Shown here: positions 21,439 through 31,044 of the stretch, in pieces | How positions within the stretch are numbered: the stretch's first letter is position 1 | How the letters are laid out: every line of letters starts with the position of its first letter | Source of the DNA: an uncultured Spirochaetota bacterium | Lineage (GTDB): Bacteria > Spirochaetota > Brevinematia > Brevinematales > JAOACQ01 | Reading direction: 5' to 3' | Length of the DNA stretch: 64,000 nucleotides | Assembly (NCBI GenBank): GCA_963835575.1 | Contig: CAWIGG010000005.1 | Coordinates: 128,001-192,000 of the forward strand | Program-made: the position numbers and the translations under genes | Notes under the pieces: model-generated | What the model was told of the DNA's origin: nothing | What the model saw: the letters and a program-made list of their open reading frames with translations, nothing else | Database searches by the model: none

Positions 21439-23139
21439 CAGACTGTGTGAAAAAGGCGGTGTAAGACAATAAAGGCGGAGAAAAATCCTCAAATTTATTT
21501 TAATAAGGTATAATATGTAATCAAATTTGAGGTGTGTAAGATGAACCATATAACAGGAGAGCCAAGAGACCAGATAGTACTTTACGCGGAAACTATTGAT
21601 GGTTTGATAGAAGAGAAGAACCCTGTAAGAATTATAGACGCATATGTGAGCAGACTAAACATCAGGAGGTTGGGATTCAAAATTAAAGAGGCGAAAAAAG
21701 GGCGTCCATCCTACACAGCGGATGTATTGTTGAAAATATATATTTACGGATATTTGAACAAAGTCAGGACCACGAGGAAATTAGAAAACGAATGTAAAAG
21801 GAATACGGAACTGATATGGCTGACCTGCCGCTTAGCGCCTGATTTTAAGACCATAGCGGATTTCAGAAGGGATAATATTAAGGGCATAAAAAACATTTTC
21901 AAAGAGTTTTTGAAAGTATGCCGCAAATTAGAACTGCTGACATTTAAATTAACAGCGACAGATGGAACGAAAATAAGTGGGCAAAACAGTCTGGGTAATA
22001 TTTATAGGCGGGAAAGCATTGAAGGAGTTGAGAAAAAGATTAATGAAAAAATAGACAAATATCTTTTGGAATTGGATAAAAATGATAAATCGGAAGAAAA
22101 CGAGTTTGAGTTTTTATCCAGCAACATTGAAAAAAAGCTGGACAGCCTCAAGACAAGAAAAGAAAAAGTAGAAGCGATAAAAAAAATGTTTGAGGCCGAT
22201 CCGGAACTTGAAATCGTTTACGGGAATGATCCCGACGGCAGAATTGGGAAAGATAAAGGGAAAACGGATGTTTTGTACAACGCGCAGATAGCAGTGGACG
22301 AAAAGAATAAATTGATTGTCGCGGTGGATGTAACCAATGAAAGTAATGATGTTCATCAAGCGGGAAATATGGTTAATAAAGTTGAAGAAATAAAGAAAGA
22401 ACTTGAAGCCGAACCGGGATTAAAAACCATACATGTCCTGGATGCCGGATATTATTGCGAAAGTGAGATATTACCGCTTACAGACGGGGGTCATGAAATC
22501 TATATTCCAAGCCCGCGCGATGAAAAAGAAAAAAAGTCCAGGTACAAAGAGCAGCAGAAAGAAAGTATCCCGGCAAAAGGATATCTGGCAGAAGATTTCA
22601 AGATTGATAAAGAGAAGAACCAGTTGATTTGTCCGCAAGGATTACGATTAAATAATCAAAGTGTATATCAGGATAAAAACACGGGGATTACTGTAGCGGA
22701 ATTCAAGTGCAGGAACGAGAATTGTGAGAAGAAGCATTTATGCACAAAAAGCAAAGAAGGCAGGACGGTAAAGTTATCGGTGCGAAAGGAAGATATGGAT
22801 AAATTCGATGAGAAGGTCCGAAGTGAATTGGGGCAAAAGATTGTTGCAATCAGAAAAGAGTTGGCAGAACATCCATTTGGAACAATAAAAGGAAATTTTG
22901 GTTATAATAATTTCTTGCTGAAGGGGATTGATAAAGTAAAAAGCGAGTTTAATTTCACGGCATTTATCTATAATTTTAAAAGAGTTCTGAATATTGCTGG
23001 TTTTGATAAGTTATTAGCCGCAATATAGTCTGAATTTCAATGATTATCAGTAATTTTTTATTCAGGCTCTTCTTTAAAGTAAGCAGGAACCTTTAGATGC
23101 CTGATCTTATAAATGTATTCTCTTTTTTCACACAGTCTG
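21439..23139 (+). mobile_element. IS1182-like insertion sequence #1
   Basis: TIRs cagactgtgtgaaaaag / ctttttcacacagtctg; 3-bp duplication TAT (21436-21438, 23140-23142). Confidence 0.9.
21541..23028 (+). CDS. IS1182-family DDE transposase
   Basis: GRPSY, LLKIYIYGY, PDFKTIADFR, DGTK, YNAQIAVD, LDAGY, AEHPFGTIK motifs. Confidence 0.9.
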   Translation: MNHITGEPRDQIVLYAETIDGLIEEKNPVRIIDAYVSRLNIRRLGFKIKEAKKGRPSYTADVLLKIYIYGYLNKVRTTRKLENECKRNTELIWLTCRLAPDFKTIADFRRDNIKGIKNIFKEFLKVCRKLELLTFKLTATDGTKISGQNSLGNIYRRESIEGVEKKINEKIDKYLLELDKNDKSEENEFEFLSSNIEKKLDSLKTRKEKVEAIKKMFEADPELEIVYGNDPDGRIGKDKGKTDVLYNAQIAVDEKNKLIVAVDVTNESNDVHQAGNMVNKVEEIKKELEAEPGLKTIHVLDAGYYCESEILPLTDGGHEIYIPSPRDEKEKKSRYKEQQKESIPAKGYLAEDFKIDKEKNQLICPQGLRLNNQSVYQDKNTGITVAEFKCRNENCEKKHLCTKSKEGRTVKLSVRKEDMDKFDEKVRSELGQKIVAIRKELAEHPFGTIKGNFGYNNFLLKGIDKVKSEFNFTAFIYNFKRVLNIAGFDKLLAAI

Positions 23140-23186
23140 TATGAGCGCCCAGGGCCCGTACTTTTTGTTAAAAGGTTTTCCTTTCA

Positions 23187-23711
23187 TCATTTTTTTAATT
23201 CCTTTCCCCGGGTAAAGGGATGATCACTTTTCGCCATCCGGAAGATAACCAGTACAGGAAAAACAAGCCAAGGAAGATTGGACAAAAGCACAGGTAAAAA
23301 ATCCGGCGCGGCAAAAGCGCCCCAGGCTTCCTCTCCCAGTATGATAATAACATTGGTGATCAGCATGGCGCTCATTATGACTGCCGGAATACGGATCCAT
23401 TCCCTGCCTTTAATAAAGGCATATATTGCCGCCGCGTAAAACGGCCCGAAAATCAGAACGTCCAGCCAGATTGTCATTCTCCACCAGACCGGCCTGGCAA
23501 AGAGCAGGGGGTCAAAATTCCTGCCGTACCAGTGGGCAAGATCGACAATCATTTTCGGCGGCCAGAGAGGATAATTAAAATGCGATGTATCGGGAATGAC
23601 GACCTGTTCCAGGTCTATCAGGTAAGTTATGAAGATAATATTAAATATATAAAAAACAAGAATAACAATGTCCCATTTCCGTTTCCGCAAAGGAATGACT
23701 TCACGCTCCAT
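23187..23711 (-). CDS. EXPERA/EBP (emopamil-binding/TMEM97-like) domain membrane protein
   Basis: Four TM helices; WYG..FDPLL..RPVWW, PFY..AIYAF..G.EW and NLPWL motifs. Its stop overlaps the SDR start (TGATG). Confidence 0.7.
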   Translation of the reverse strand: MEREVIPLRKRKWDIVILVFYIFNIIFITYLIDLEQVVIPDTSHFNYPLWPPKMIVDLAHWYGRNFDPLLFARPVWWRMTIWLDVLIFGPFYAAAIYAFIKGREWIRIPAVIMSAMLITNVIIILGEEAWGAFAAPDFLPVLLSNLPWLVFPVLVIFRMAKSDHPFTRGKELKK

Positions 23712-23734
23712 AAATATAACTCCTGAATTTTAAA

Positions 23735-25849
23735 TTACTTCTTTATGATATCCTTAATTTTTTTTGATAAAACAGACATGGTATAGGGTTTTTGTATAAA
23801 GTTCTGAACTCCGGCTCTCAGGGATTCATTAATTCTGTCATCTTGTTTATAGCCTGATGCGAGTAATACACTGACATCCGGCATGACATTCTTCATTTCC
23901 AGAAAAACCTGTTCTCCTGACATCTTCGGCATAGCCATATCCAGTATAACCAGATCAATATCTTTATATCTTTCCCGGAATATTCCGAGGGCTTTTTCAC
24001 CGTTCGAAGCGGTGATAACCCTGTATCCTAATTCCTCCAGAATATTCGATGTTATTTTTAATACAGGTTCTTCATCATCTACCAATAAGATAAGGCCGGC
24101 GCCTTTGAATATTTTTTCTTCAGGCCTTCTTTCGACTTTACTTTTTTCATCAATTGAAGGAATATAAACAATAAATTCAGAGCCTCTCCCTTTTTCTGAG
24201 TAAACATCAATAAAACCATGATGGAGCTGGATTATGTTAAAAGATATGGCCAGACCGAATCCCGTGCCATTTGTCTTTGTCTTGGTTGAGAAAAAAGGGT
24301 CAAAAATCCGCGGTATTGTTGCCGCATCCATACCGACCCCTGTATCCTTAACGCTGAGTTTCCAGTAATGGCCCTTGTGTGCATTCGGGTGGACTTTACG
24401 GAACATCTCTTCCGCGAATTGCTTTGTTAAAGAGATAGTAAGCGTACCTCCCTGTTTTTCAGTTTCCTGCCTCATGATGGTCATAGCATGCCATGCATTG
24501 ATGCAGAGGTTTAAAATCACTTCTTCTATCTGAGTAAAATCAGCTTTCAGCATTGCTCTTCCGGGATAATAATGAATTTTAATGTCCACACTTTTATCAA
24601 TTGTGCTTTTACATATTTTAATAACATTTTCGACAATGTGATTCAGATCGGTTATTTCAAAAACAATATCATTTTTACTAGACAATGTTAATAGATTTCT
24701 CACCATATCAGCGGCCCTGTTTGCAGAATTTTCTATGATAGAAATGCTTTCCAGCGTTCCTTTCATGTTTATTCCCTCATTTTTTATCTCATAATTCATA
24801 AGAGAAACTGTTCCAATTATTGCCGCCAGGATATTATTGAAATCATGAGCAAGCCCGCCGGATAGAATCCTCACTGTATCCATCCTCTGTATCTGACGCA
24901 GCTGCTCATCCTTTTTTTCCAATTCCGTCGTATCATCAAGCCTTATCACCACGCCATTTATGACATCATAAACCAGCAGAAAGAAAAAAACATCAAAATA
25001 GCGTTTTTTCCCATCCTGTACAAGTTCTCTGTAAAAAGCAGAAGGTTTTTTCTCGCGGACCACATCTTCCAGGGCTCTTTCATATTTTTTCAAGAATGGA
25101 ATAACATCCCAGGCCTTTTTTGAAACGGCTTCTTCGGCTTTGATGCCCGTTTCTTTTTCAGCGGCAGTATTCCATTGCGTTATTTCTCCTTCTGTATTTA
25201 CCGAAATGAGAACTGAAGGAAGCGAATTAAAAACATTCGCAAGGTAATTCTGGGATTTGTGCAATTCATCTTCGGCGCGATTTTTTTCCGCTATTTCATT
25301 TTGAATTTTATTCATTTGAATGAAATTATCTTTAAGTACTGCCTTGTATTTCGAACTGATAATGAATGCAATAATAGAAAAACAAATGATAATGGGCACT
25401 CTTTGCACCAGCGCCTGAGAAATATTTTCTCTCATATATTGATTGTTCATAAAAACATTTATGATGTTTACGATAAGATAAATTGTTTCAGTATAAATCA
25501 AAAGCATTTGGTCCAGAAATAAGATGGAAAAACCGATGACAAAAAATGACAGCGCCCACAAACTTAAATTATAAGGATACACGAAAAGGACTATAATTGT
25601 AAACAAAATAAAGAAATTGATTATTATAACAGTGAGTATTCTTTCAGGGACCTTTAACATTCTTAAAAGCGACGGGATGGAGCCGATTATTAAAATCATC
25701 AGGCATATTATTGAACTTTTAAGCCATTTATGAACACCTGAAACCGGAATGATTTCCGCTATAAGAAACGCAATAAAGCTGATTCCCATGATAGTAATAT
25801 AAATATTTATCAGCAATGAATTATTTTCTTTGCGGATTTTCTGGAACAA
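23735..25849 (-). CDS. Membrane hybrid histidine kinase (TM-PAS-HisKA-HATPase-REC)
   Basis: GGLAHDFNNIL, NLCINA, DTGVGM, FDPFFSTK, GTGFGL; C-terminal LLVDDE/LDMAMP receiver. Confidence 0.9.
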   Translation of the reverse strand: MFQKIRKENNSLLINIYITIMGISFIAFLIAEIIPVSGVHKWLKSSIICLMILIIGSIPSLLRMLKVPERILTVIIINFFILFTIIVLFVYPYNLSLWALSFFVIGFSILFLDQMLLIYTETIYLIVNIINVFMNNQYMRENISQALVQRVPIIICFSIIAFIISSKYKAVLKDNFIQMNKIQNEIAEKNRAEDELHKSQNYLANVFNSLPSVLISVNTEGEITQWNTAAEKETGIKAEEAVSKKAWDVIPFLKKYERALEDVVREKKPSAFYRELVQDGKKRYFDVFFFLLVYDVINGVVIRLDDTTELEKKDEQLRQIQRMDTVRILSGGLAHDFNNILAAIIGTVSLMNYEIKNEGINMKGTLESISIIENSANRAADMVRNLLTLSSKNDIVFEITDLNHIVENVIKICKSTIDKSVDIKIHYYPGRAMLKADFTQIEEVILNLCINAWHAMTIMRQETEKQGGTLTISLTKQFAEEMFRKVHPNAHKGHYWKLSVKDTGVGMDAATIPRIFDPFFSTKTKTNGTGFGLAISFNIIQLHHGFIDVYSEKGRGSEFIVYIPSIDEKSKVERRPEEKIFKGAGLILLVDDEEPVLKITSNILEELGYRVITASNGEKALGIFRERYKDIDLVILDMAMPKMSGEQVFLEMKNVMPDVSVLLASGYKQDDRINESLRAGVQNFIQKPYTMSVLSKKIKDIIKK

Positions 25850-26079
25850 TTCAAAAAAATTAATATAAAACTCCCAAACAATTATTTAAAATATCGTTAA
25901 ACAGGGAGAAATTAAAAATCACTATCTATTCTAATTAAATAGTATTTTCAAGTCAATTCTTAAATCTTTTAATTTGATCCTATGGGAAATCAGATCCTTT
26001 CAGGAAAACATAAACTTATCATTAAAATAATTGTTTTTCAAATCCCGCGAACGGCAATTCCGGTCCTAAAGCTCAAAAT

Positions 26080-26775
26080 TCACCAGCCTTTTATCAGCGG
26101 CATTGCTTTTGCGGCATTAATCAGACGCTCCCTTCCTTCCTCTGTATAGCAATCAAAGTGAGACTCTCCTGCCCTGATAAAAAGGCCGTTGTCAAATCTT
26201 TTTATTTCCGAAGCGTAAGGATTTTCTTCCAGGGCCCTGCCGCCCTGCATAAGCTCCTCTTCAGGGCCGAAAAAATTCAGCCAGTAAAGGGCCAGTAAAG
26301 GCCCGAGGTATAAAACGTCCTCATATACATTTTTATGCAGATCATATCTATTTTTTTTAAAATGGCAGAAAGCATAGGTGAAAGGAATAGCCTGCGTCAA
26401 CATTAAAAAGAATTTTTTTATTTTATCAGGTTCTATTTTTAAAGCCAGAACTGATTTTGCCCAGAATTCCAAAGTACTTCTCAACGACGCTTCCTGTCTG
26501 ATAATTATTGACAAGTTTTTATATTCATCAAATATCTGTATAACATCCTGATAATTATCCAGCGCATTCAAAACCATTTCACAATTAAATTGCTTAATTT
26601 TAATCAAAGGCCGGTTTGAGCGCATGATAAAATCCGGTTTAGCCGGGAAAAAAGCGTCAAAAAGCGCAAGCGCAGGATCCATAACCCCGCTGTCCAGAGC
26701 GCCGGTTTTATTGATATTAAAATTAAACCAGAGCTCATCTTCTATTTCATCCATCATATTTATCATCAAAAACAC
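26080..26775 (-). CDS. Hypothetical protein
   Basis: 231-aa ORF with a plausible RBS; no family recognised. Confidence 0.6.
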   Translation of the reverse strand: MFLMINMMDEIEDELWFNFNINKTGALDSGVMDPALALFDAFFPAKPDFIMRSNRPLIKIKQFNCEMVLNALDNYQDVIQIFDEYKNLSIIIRQEASLRSTLEFWAKSVLALKIEPDKIKKFFLMLTQAIPFTYAFCHFKKNRYDLHKNVYEDVLYLGPLLALYWLNFFGPEEELMQGGRALEENPYASEIKRFDNGLFIRAGESHFDCYTEEGRERLINAAKAMPLIKGW

Positions 26776-26851
26776 CTCAAACTAATGTTATTTGATTTAA
26801 TGAATTTACAAAGGTTTTTAATAAAAAAATCGCCGAATACAGCTTATTATA

Positions 26852-26880
26852 AAAAGCCCGGCAAATAGATTGCCGGGCTT
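26852..26880. terminator. Intrinsic terminator
   Basis: aaaaagcccggcaa-atag-attgccgggctt, with the T tract on the minus strand. Confidence 0.7.
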
Positions 26881-27201
26881 AGTAAGGGGTTATGGTAACT
26901 AAAAAAGGCTTTTTATCTTTTGATATATAACTCTATAATTATATCTGTTTTATCATTAATTAACATGCGATCTTTTTAAATCAAAGCCTTACATTTGCCG
27001 GAAGCCGTCATTCAGCCCGGGTAGAACTTTTTTATATTTTAAATGAATTTGCTGCTCGTAATTTTATAATAATAGACTTTCATTTTTCAAGAACAATATA
27101 TACTTATTTTTCTACGTAAGCTCTACTTATTTTAGTACGTATGGTATTAAACACTTAATGGCCATAATTGAGTAGGAGGCGGGTTTACACCCGCCGACCT
27201 C

Positions 27202-28647
27202 TCACACCACCGTACGTACGGTTCCGTATACGGCGGTTCCAAAATATAATTTCTGATAAATACAAATCTTGTTCAGCATCGATACGAGTCCCATACTGTC
27301 GAATAATTTCTTAGGAAAGGCGATGTTCATATGTTTAGCGCCTGAGTTCCACCACGCACCCCTCTGGTTAAATGAGCATTGGACAGCTTGTTCTTCTTTG
27401 AGTCCAGCATTTATTAGCCGTTTTCTTCTTGTCCATGGCTTTTTCCATTGTCTCCAGAGTATGCAGCGCAGTTTCCTCCGAACCCATCCATCCAGTTCCT
27501 CCGCAAAATCTTTCATATTCGCAAGAATGAAATAGTTGATCCATCCGCGAATTTTCGGATTCAGTTCTTTCCGGATAAATTCTTTCAGGTTCTGGTTTCT
27601 ACCTTTCCGGAACGCTGTTTTCAGGTTTTCTTTTAATTTCTTCTTCGATTCGGCCGCGACTCTTATTCTGACTTTCCTCTCGAACGCGAATGAGTATCCG
27701 AGGAATTTTCTTTCCCACGGTCTTGCTACGGCACTTTTCTCACAATTTACTTTCAACTTGAGTTTCTTTTCGACGAACCTGGTGATTGAGTCCATAACTC
27801 TGATTCCGGCTTTTATACTTCGGACGTAAATATTGCAATCGTCAGCATACCGGCAGAATGAGTGGCCTCTCTTTTCCAGTTCCTTGTCAAGGTCGTCCAG
27901 AATAATGTTTGCCAGCAGCGGGGATAGATTTCCGCCCTGCGGTGTACCCTTTTCCCTTTTCGTGATTGACCCATCGGTCAACATTTCGGCTTTGAGATAT
28001 GCCGCAATCAGTTTCAGGACTTTCTTGTCCTTCACTTTGCGTTTTACTCTTGCCATCAGAATGTCGTGGTTTACTTCATCAAAGAATTTCGCCAAGTCCA
28101 TATCAACGACCCATCTTTTCCCTTCCCGCTGGTATTCCGCCGCTTTCGTAATCGCCTGCTGCGCACTTTTTCCAGGCCGGAAACCATAGCTTGATTCGGA
28201 AAATTCCGGTTCAAGGATTGGACTTAACACCTGATACAGTGCCTGCTGGATGACCCGATCCATCACCGTCGGAATCCCCAATTGTCGGACTCCGCCATTC
28301 GGTTTCGGAATTTGCACTCCTTTTACCGCTTTCGGTTTGTACCTTCCTTCCAGCAGTTCTTTTCTGGTTCTCTGCCAGTGTTCGTTGATGAAGCCTTTTA
28401 GCTGTTTTACAGTGACTCCGTCAACTCCCGCCGCCCCCTTATTGCTTACCACCCTGTGATAAGCTTCCAGCATGTTCTCGCGTTTGACCAGACGCTCTAT
28501 TAAATTTGTTTCATCCGGTGTACTCCTTCTTTGACTCTCTGCACGGATACACGCGCTTTGGCTATTCTTCGGAATTCCGTCCCTATCCTTTGTCAAAGCC
28601 GGAAAGTTTCCTTCCGCTTCTGCGTAAGTTACCGTGTCAGGATTCAT
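27202..28647 (-). CDS. ltrA: Group II intron reverse transcriptase/maturase (no endonuclease domain)
   Basis: NKGAAGVDG, IPKPNGGVRQLGIPTVMDR, SYGFRPG, DLAKFFD, GTPQGGNLSPLLANI, RYADD and a maturase X domain. Confidence 0.95.
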   Translation of the reverse strand: MNPDTVTYAEAEGNFPALTKDRDGIPKNSQSACIRAESQRRSTPDETNLIERLVKRENMLEAYHRVVSNKGAAGVDGVTVKQLKGFINEHWQRTRKELLEGRYKPKAVKGVQIPKPNGGVRQLGIPTVMDRVIQQALYQVLSPILEPEFSESSYGFRPGKSAQQAITKAAEYQREGKRWVVDMDLAKFFDEVNHDILMARVKRKVKDKKVLKLIAAYLKAEMLTDGSITKREKGTPQGGNLSPLLANIILDDLDKELEKRGHSFCRYADDCNIYVRSIKAGIRVMDSITRFVEKKLKLKVNCEKSAVARPWERKFLGYSFAFERKVRIRVAAESKKKLKENLKTAFRKGRNQNLKEFIRKELNPKIRGWINYFILANMKDFAEELDGWVRRKLRCILWRQWKKPWTRRKRLINAGLKEEQAVQCSFNQRGAWWNSGAKHMNIAFPKKLFDSMGLVSMLNKICIYQKLYFGTAVYGTVRTVV

Positions 28648-28977
28648 AGCGGTACTCCTATAGTTTGGTTCTGCCCTTCGCCTCCGGTCAAGAGGTTACT
28701 ATGGCTTCTGCTGACTTCTGAAAACCCCTCTTATCACCTTTCGATGACAATAGCCAATATGTGGCAGGCTGTCAGACCTCCCCGGGTAATGCGCTCGTTC
28801 CTTCACACTTATGTCTGCCGCATCTACGCCATTGCTTTCTGTGTAAGTATCGGGCTTTAACGATAATTGCCGTCTCACCCAGCAGTGCCGCCTCTATGCG
28901 GTTTCTGTTCGTCAGACCAGTGCTTTGCCTGCAGCTTCCTTCAGATTCCGCCTCACGGCGGACACCCTTGCCGTCTG

Positions 28978-29029
28978 TCCCTCACCAGTTTGTCCGGCTG
29001 CCCGGAGAAGTTCACAAACTGGTGAGGGA
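28978..29029. repeat. Hairpin module, copy 3, inside intron domain I
   Basis: tccctcaccagtttgt / acaaactggtgaggga form perfect 16-bp arms, 15/16 identical to those of 6071-6123. Confidence 0.8.
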
Positions 29030-29093
29030 TTCCCCTTACCGGGTGCATACGGGACTTTCACCCGCAAGAACGTGCGCCCTGCCGGGCGCACAA

Positions 29094-29128
29094 TAAAAAA
29101 ATCCGGCGGTAAAACCGCCGGATTTTTA
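29094..29128 (-). terminator. Intrinsic terminator used as the IIC intron target
   Basis: Minus strand aaaaatccggcggt-ttt-accgccggatttttttatt, immediately followed by the intron GUGCG. Confidence 0.85.
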
Positions 29129-29146
29129 GTAAAAATGTATCTAATC

Positions 29147-29794
29147 TCATTTTTTGGATGTCTGCATATCATCCTTATGGCTCCGGCTTCCGCCTCCATA
29201 AATCTCTCTCTTTTCGAATGGTTTAATGGAAGATCCTAGAGCCGCATACCCGTTTACGAATTGATCTGTAGTAATACCGCTGTAAAAGCTGTTCAGCATA
29301 CCTATGCTGTTTTGAAAATTATCATCAGCCGCATTCACTCCCCACCAGTAGTAAGGTGACTGAGTTGTTCTTAACACTTTAAGCTTAAAATCGCCGAAAT
29401 AGAATACCCGGTTTGCCTCCACCTTAAAGTCCTTATTCACCGGGACTGAATTAATTACCGCTCCACCCAAGTTGAATATAATTTTTGTCAATGTGTATTC
29501 ACCCGGCTTTAAGTCAGTGAAAATGTAGCCCTTGTCGCCGCTCATGGGAATATATATTTCCTTTCCGCCGGCTTCTGACCTGGAGATAATATCAAGAGCC
29601 AGATATGCATCGTTTTCCGCAGTGATCGGCGTCCGGTCCGTATAAAGGAACGTACTGTAAATGTACGCCTGATCTTCTTTGAGTTTCCCGCCGGCATTAA
29701 GATCAGTCGACTTTACATTTTCCCTGTAGCTGTATCCGCAGCTTATCAGCAATAGAAGAACCGCCCAAAAAATCTGAAATTTTATGCTTTTCAT
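29147..29794 (-). CDS. Putative lipoprotein, unknown function
   Basis: Lipobox LLLISC after a hydrophobic signal; GGAGG RBS. Confidence 0.7.
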   Translation of the reverse strand: MKSIKFQIFWAVLLLLISCGYSYRENVKSTDLNAGGKLKEDQAYIYSTFLYTDRTPITAENDAYLALDIISRSEAGGKEIYIPMSGDKGYIFTDLKPGEYTLTKIIFNLGGAVINSVPVNKDFKVEANRVFYFGDFKLKVLRTTQSPYYWWGVNAADDNFQNSIGMLNSFYSGITTDQFVNGYAALGSSIKPFEKREIYGGGSRSHKDDMQTSKK

Positions 29795-30096
29795 AGATGC
29801 CTCCTTTTTAAATCTATAAGAACAAAGATTAATTAAATCAATCTTAATCTTATATTTTTAATATAAACAAAATCAAACCTTTTGTCAATAACATTATTCA
29901 AACATAACATTATTAAAACGAAATTCAAATATAACAATGCGGGAATTTTTGAAAAATAAAACTCTGTAAATTACAATAAATATGATTTGCAATATATTAT
30001 AATTGTAAAAGTTATATTTCATAGACCCCTTGCCAGGTTTTTTCATGCAGTATACGCAAGGCAATTTTATTCTGAATTGAATTAAGAGGAAATATT

Positions 30097-30558
30097 ATAC
30101 CGCGGATAAAACTCCAAAAACTCGATCATTACAGTTTTCTTTATGAAAGGGAGATCAGGGTCGGCGATATTAACTACGGCGGCCACCTTGGGAATGATTC
30201 CATTGTAACCATAACGCATGAGGCGCGCCTTGATATGCTGAAAAAAATGGGTTTTTCAGAACTCGACCTGGGCGACGGCAAAACCGGCATCATTATGGCG
30301 GACCTGGCGGTAAATTTCCTGAGCGAGGGATTTCTATTCGATAAGATTATTGTTGAAAGCGCGATCGGAGAAGTTGGAAATTCCGGCTTCTGTGTTTTTC
30401 ACCATTTCAGGCGGGATGACGAAAGCATCGCCCTGGCCGAGACGGGCATAGTCGCATTTAATTACGGAGAAAGGCATGTGGCAAGACTGCCGGAGGCTTT
30501 TGTAAAGGCTGTAGAAAAAAACCAGGGGTTTCCGCTAAGCCACGCGAATACACGCTAA
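30097..30558 (+). CDS. Acyl-CoA thioesterase (4HBT/hot-dog fold); apparent ATA start
   Basis: The frame is open upstream of the ORF-track ATG 30235: (M)PRIKLQKLDHYSFSYEREIRVGDINYGGHLGND...HEAR. GAGG RBS lies 7 nt before ATA 30097. Confidence 0.8.
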   Translation: MPRIKLQKLDHYSFLYEREIRVGDINYGGHLGNDSIVTITHEARLDMLKKMGFSELDLGDGKTGIIMADLAVNFLSEGFLFDKIIVESAIGEVGNSGFCVFHHFRRDDESIALAETGIVAFNYGERHVARLPEAFVKAVEKNQGFPLSHANTR

Positions 30559-30964
30559 TGAGGCTGGGGAATTCGGGGATTAACCACGGAAAGGCACGGA
30601 AAACACGGAAGAGGATTGAATTAGGGCTTCGCCTGTAATACAAAAAGATTTAATTTTTAAAATCCTTTTTTATTTTATTGAAGCTTCATTATAATATCCG
30701 ATTTTTCACACGGATTAACACGGATTAGTGCGGATTTGAAGGATTTAGGTTAAATTGAAGCCGCCCGCATTGTTCACTCGGTGCCGGGAATGGAATAGGG
30801 CGTTTGGGTTTGTAGGTTATTAGGGCGGGCTGCGCCCGGTGGACAAAGAATTTCGTTTTATAAATTTTTATTGTTTTATTAAAGTTGGTTATTAGAGCCT
30901 AATTAATCAGGATGGTTCGGCAGGCTCACCACAGGTTTTCAGGATGAAACAGGATTGGCAGGAT
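30531..30964. repeat. Cluster of left arms of periodic repeats (A, B, C, D)
   Basis: A tccgctaagccacgcgaatacacgctaat 30531-30559; B ttaaccacggaaaggcacggaaaacacggaag 30580-30611; C cacacggattaacacggattagtgcggatt 30707-30736; D caggat...caggatgaaacaggattggcaggat 30908-30964. Confidence 0.75.
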
Positions 30965-30986
30965 ATTGTATCATTGAAACAAATAT

Positions 30987-31016
30987 TTGCATGGGCGGGG
31001 GTTAATGAAGTATAAT
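30987..31016 (+). promoter_or_regulatory. Putative sigma70 promoter driving the cassette array (Pc-like)
   Basis: TTGCAT-18 bp-TATAAT, ending 28 bp before the first cassette boundary GTT at 31045. Confidence 0.55.
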
Positions 31017-31044
31017 TTTTAACAGGGAAGTTCATATATTTTGA

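Larger units (their letters stand above)
20677..23187 (-). pseudogene. Short-chain dehydrogenase/reductase interrupted by an IS1182-like element
   Basis: MKGKPFNKKYGPWALI (23187-23140) rejoins AGASEGLG...LVYNAA...YAATK on the other side of the IS. The ORF-track N-terminus (21549) is IS sequence. Confidence 0.9.
27167..29091 (-). mobile_element. Group II intron, class IIC
   Basis: Minus strand begins GUGCGCCCGGCAGGGCGCAC...GGGUGAAAGUCCC...GCAAGGGUGUCC...GGAAUCUGAAGGAAGC...UUACCCGGGGAGGUCUG. Short DV GAACCGCCGUAUACGGAACCGUACGUACGGUGGUG (27204-27239); DVI ends CCUACUCAAU. The 5' end directly follows a terminator hairpin. Confidence 0.95.

Noticed and set aside
21439..21549. ORF-track N-terminus of the SDR (MVHLTHLKF...)
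   Set aside because: It is read from IS sequence; the real N-terminus is at 23140-23187.
27202..28647. Retron, DGR or defence-associated reverse transcriptase
   Set aside because: The RT lies within a complete group II intron RNA (GUGCG start, DV, DVI) and has a maturase domain. No TR/VR pair or msr-msd was seen.
28531..29239. Several 95-111-aa ORFs over the intron 5' region
   Set aside because: They overlap the structured ribozyme domains and have no recognisable protein features.
30531..30964. CRISPR array suggested by clustered short repeats
   Set aside because: Units are 9-10 bp tandem and degenerate, with no constant 23-47-bp repeat separated by unique spacers and no cas genes.
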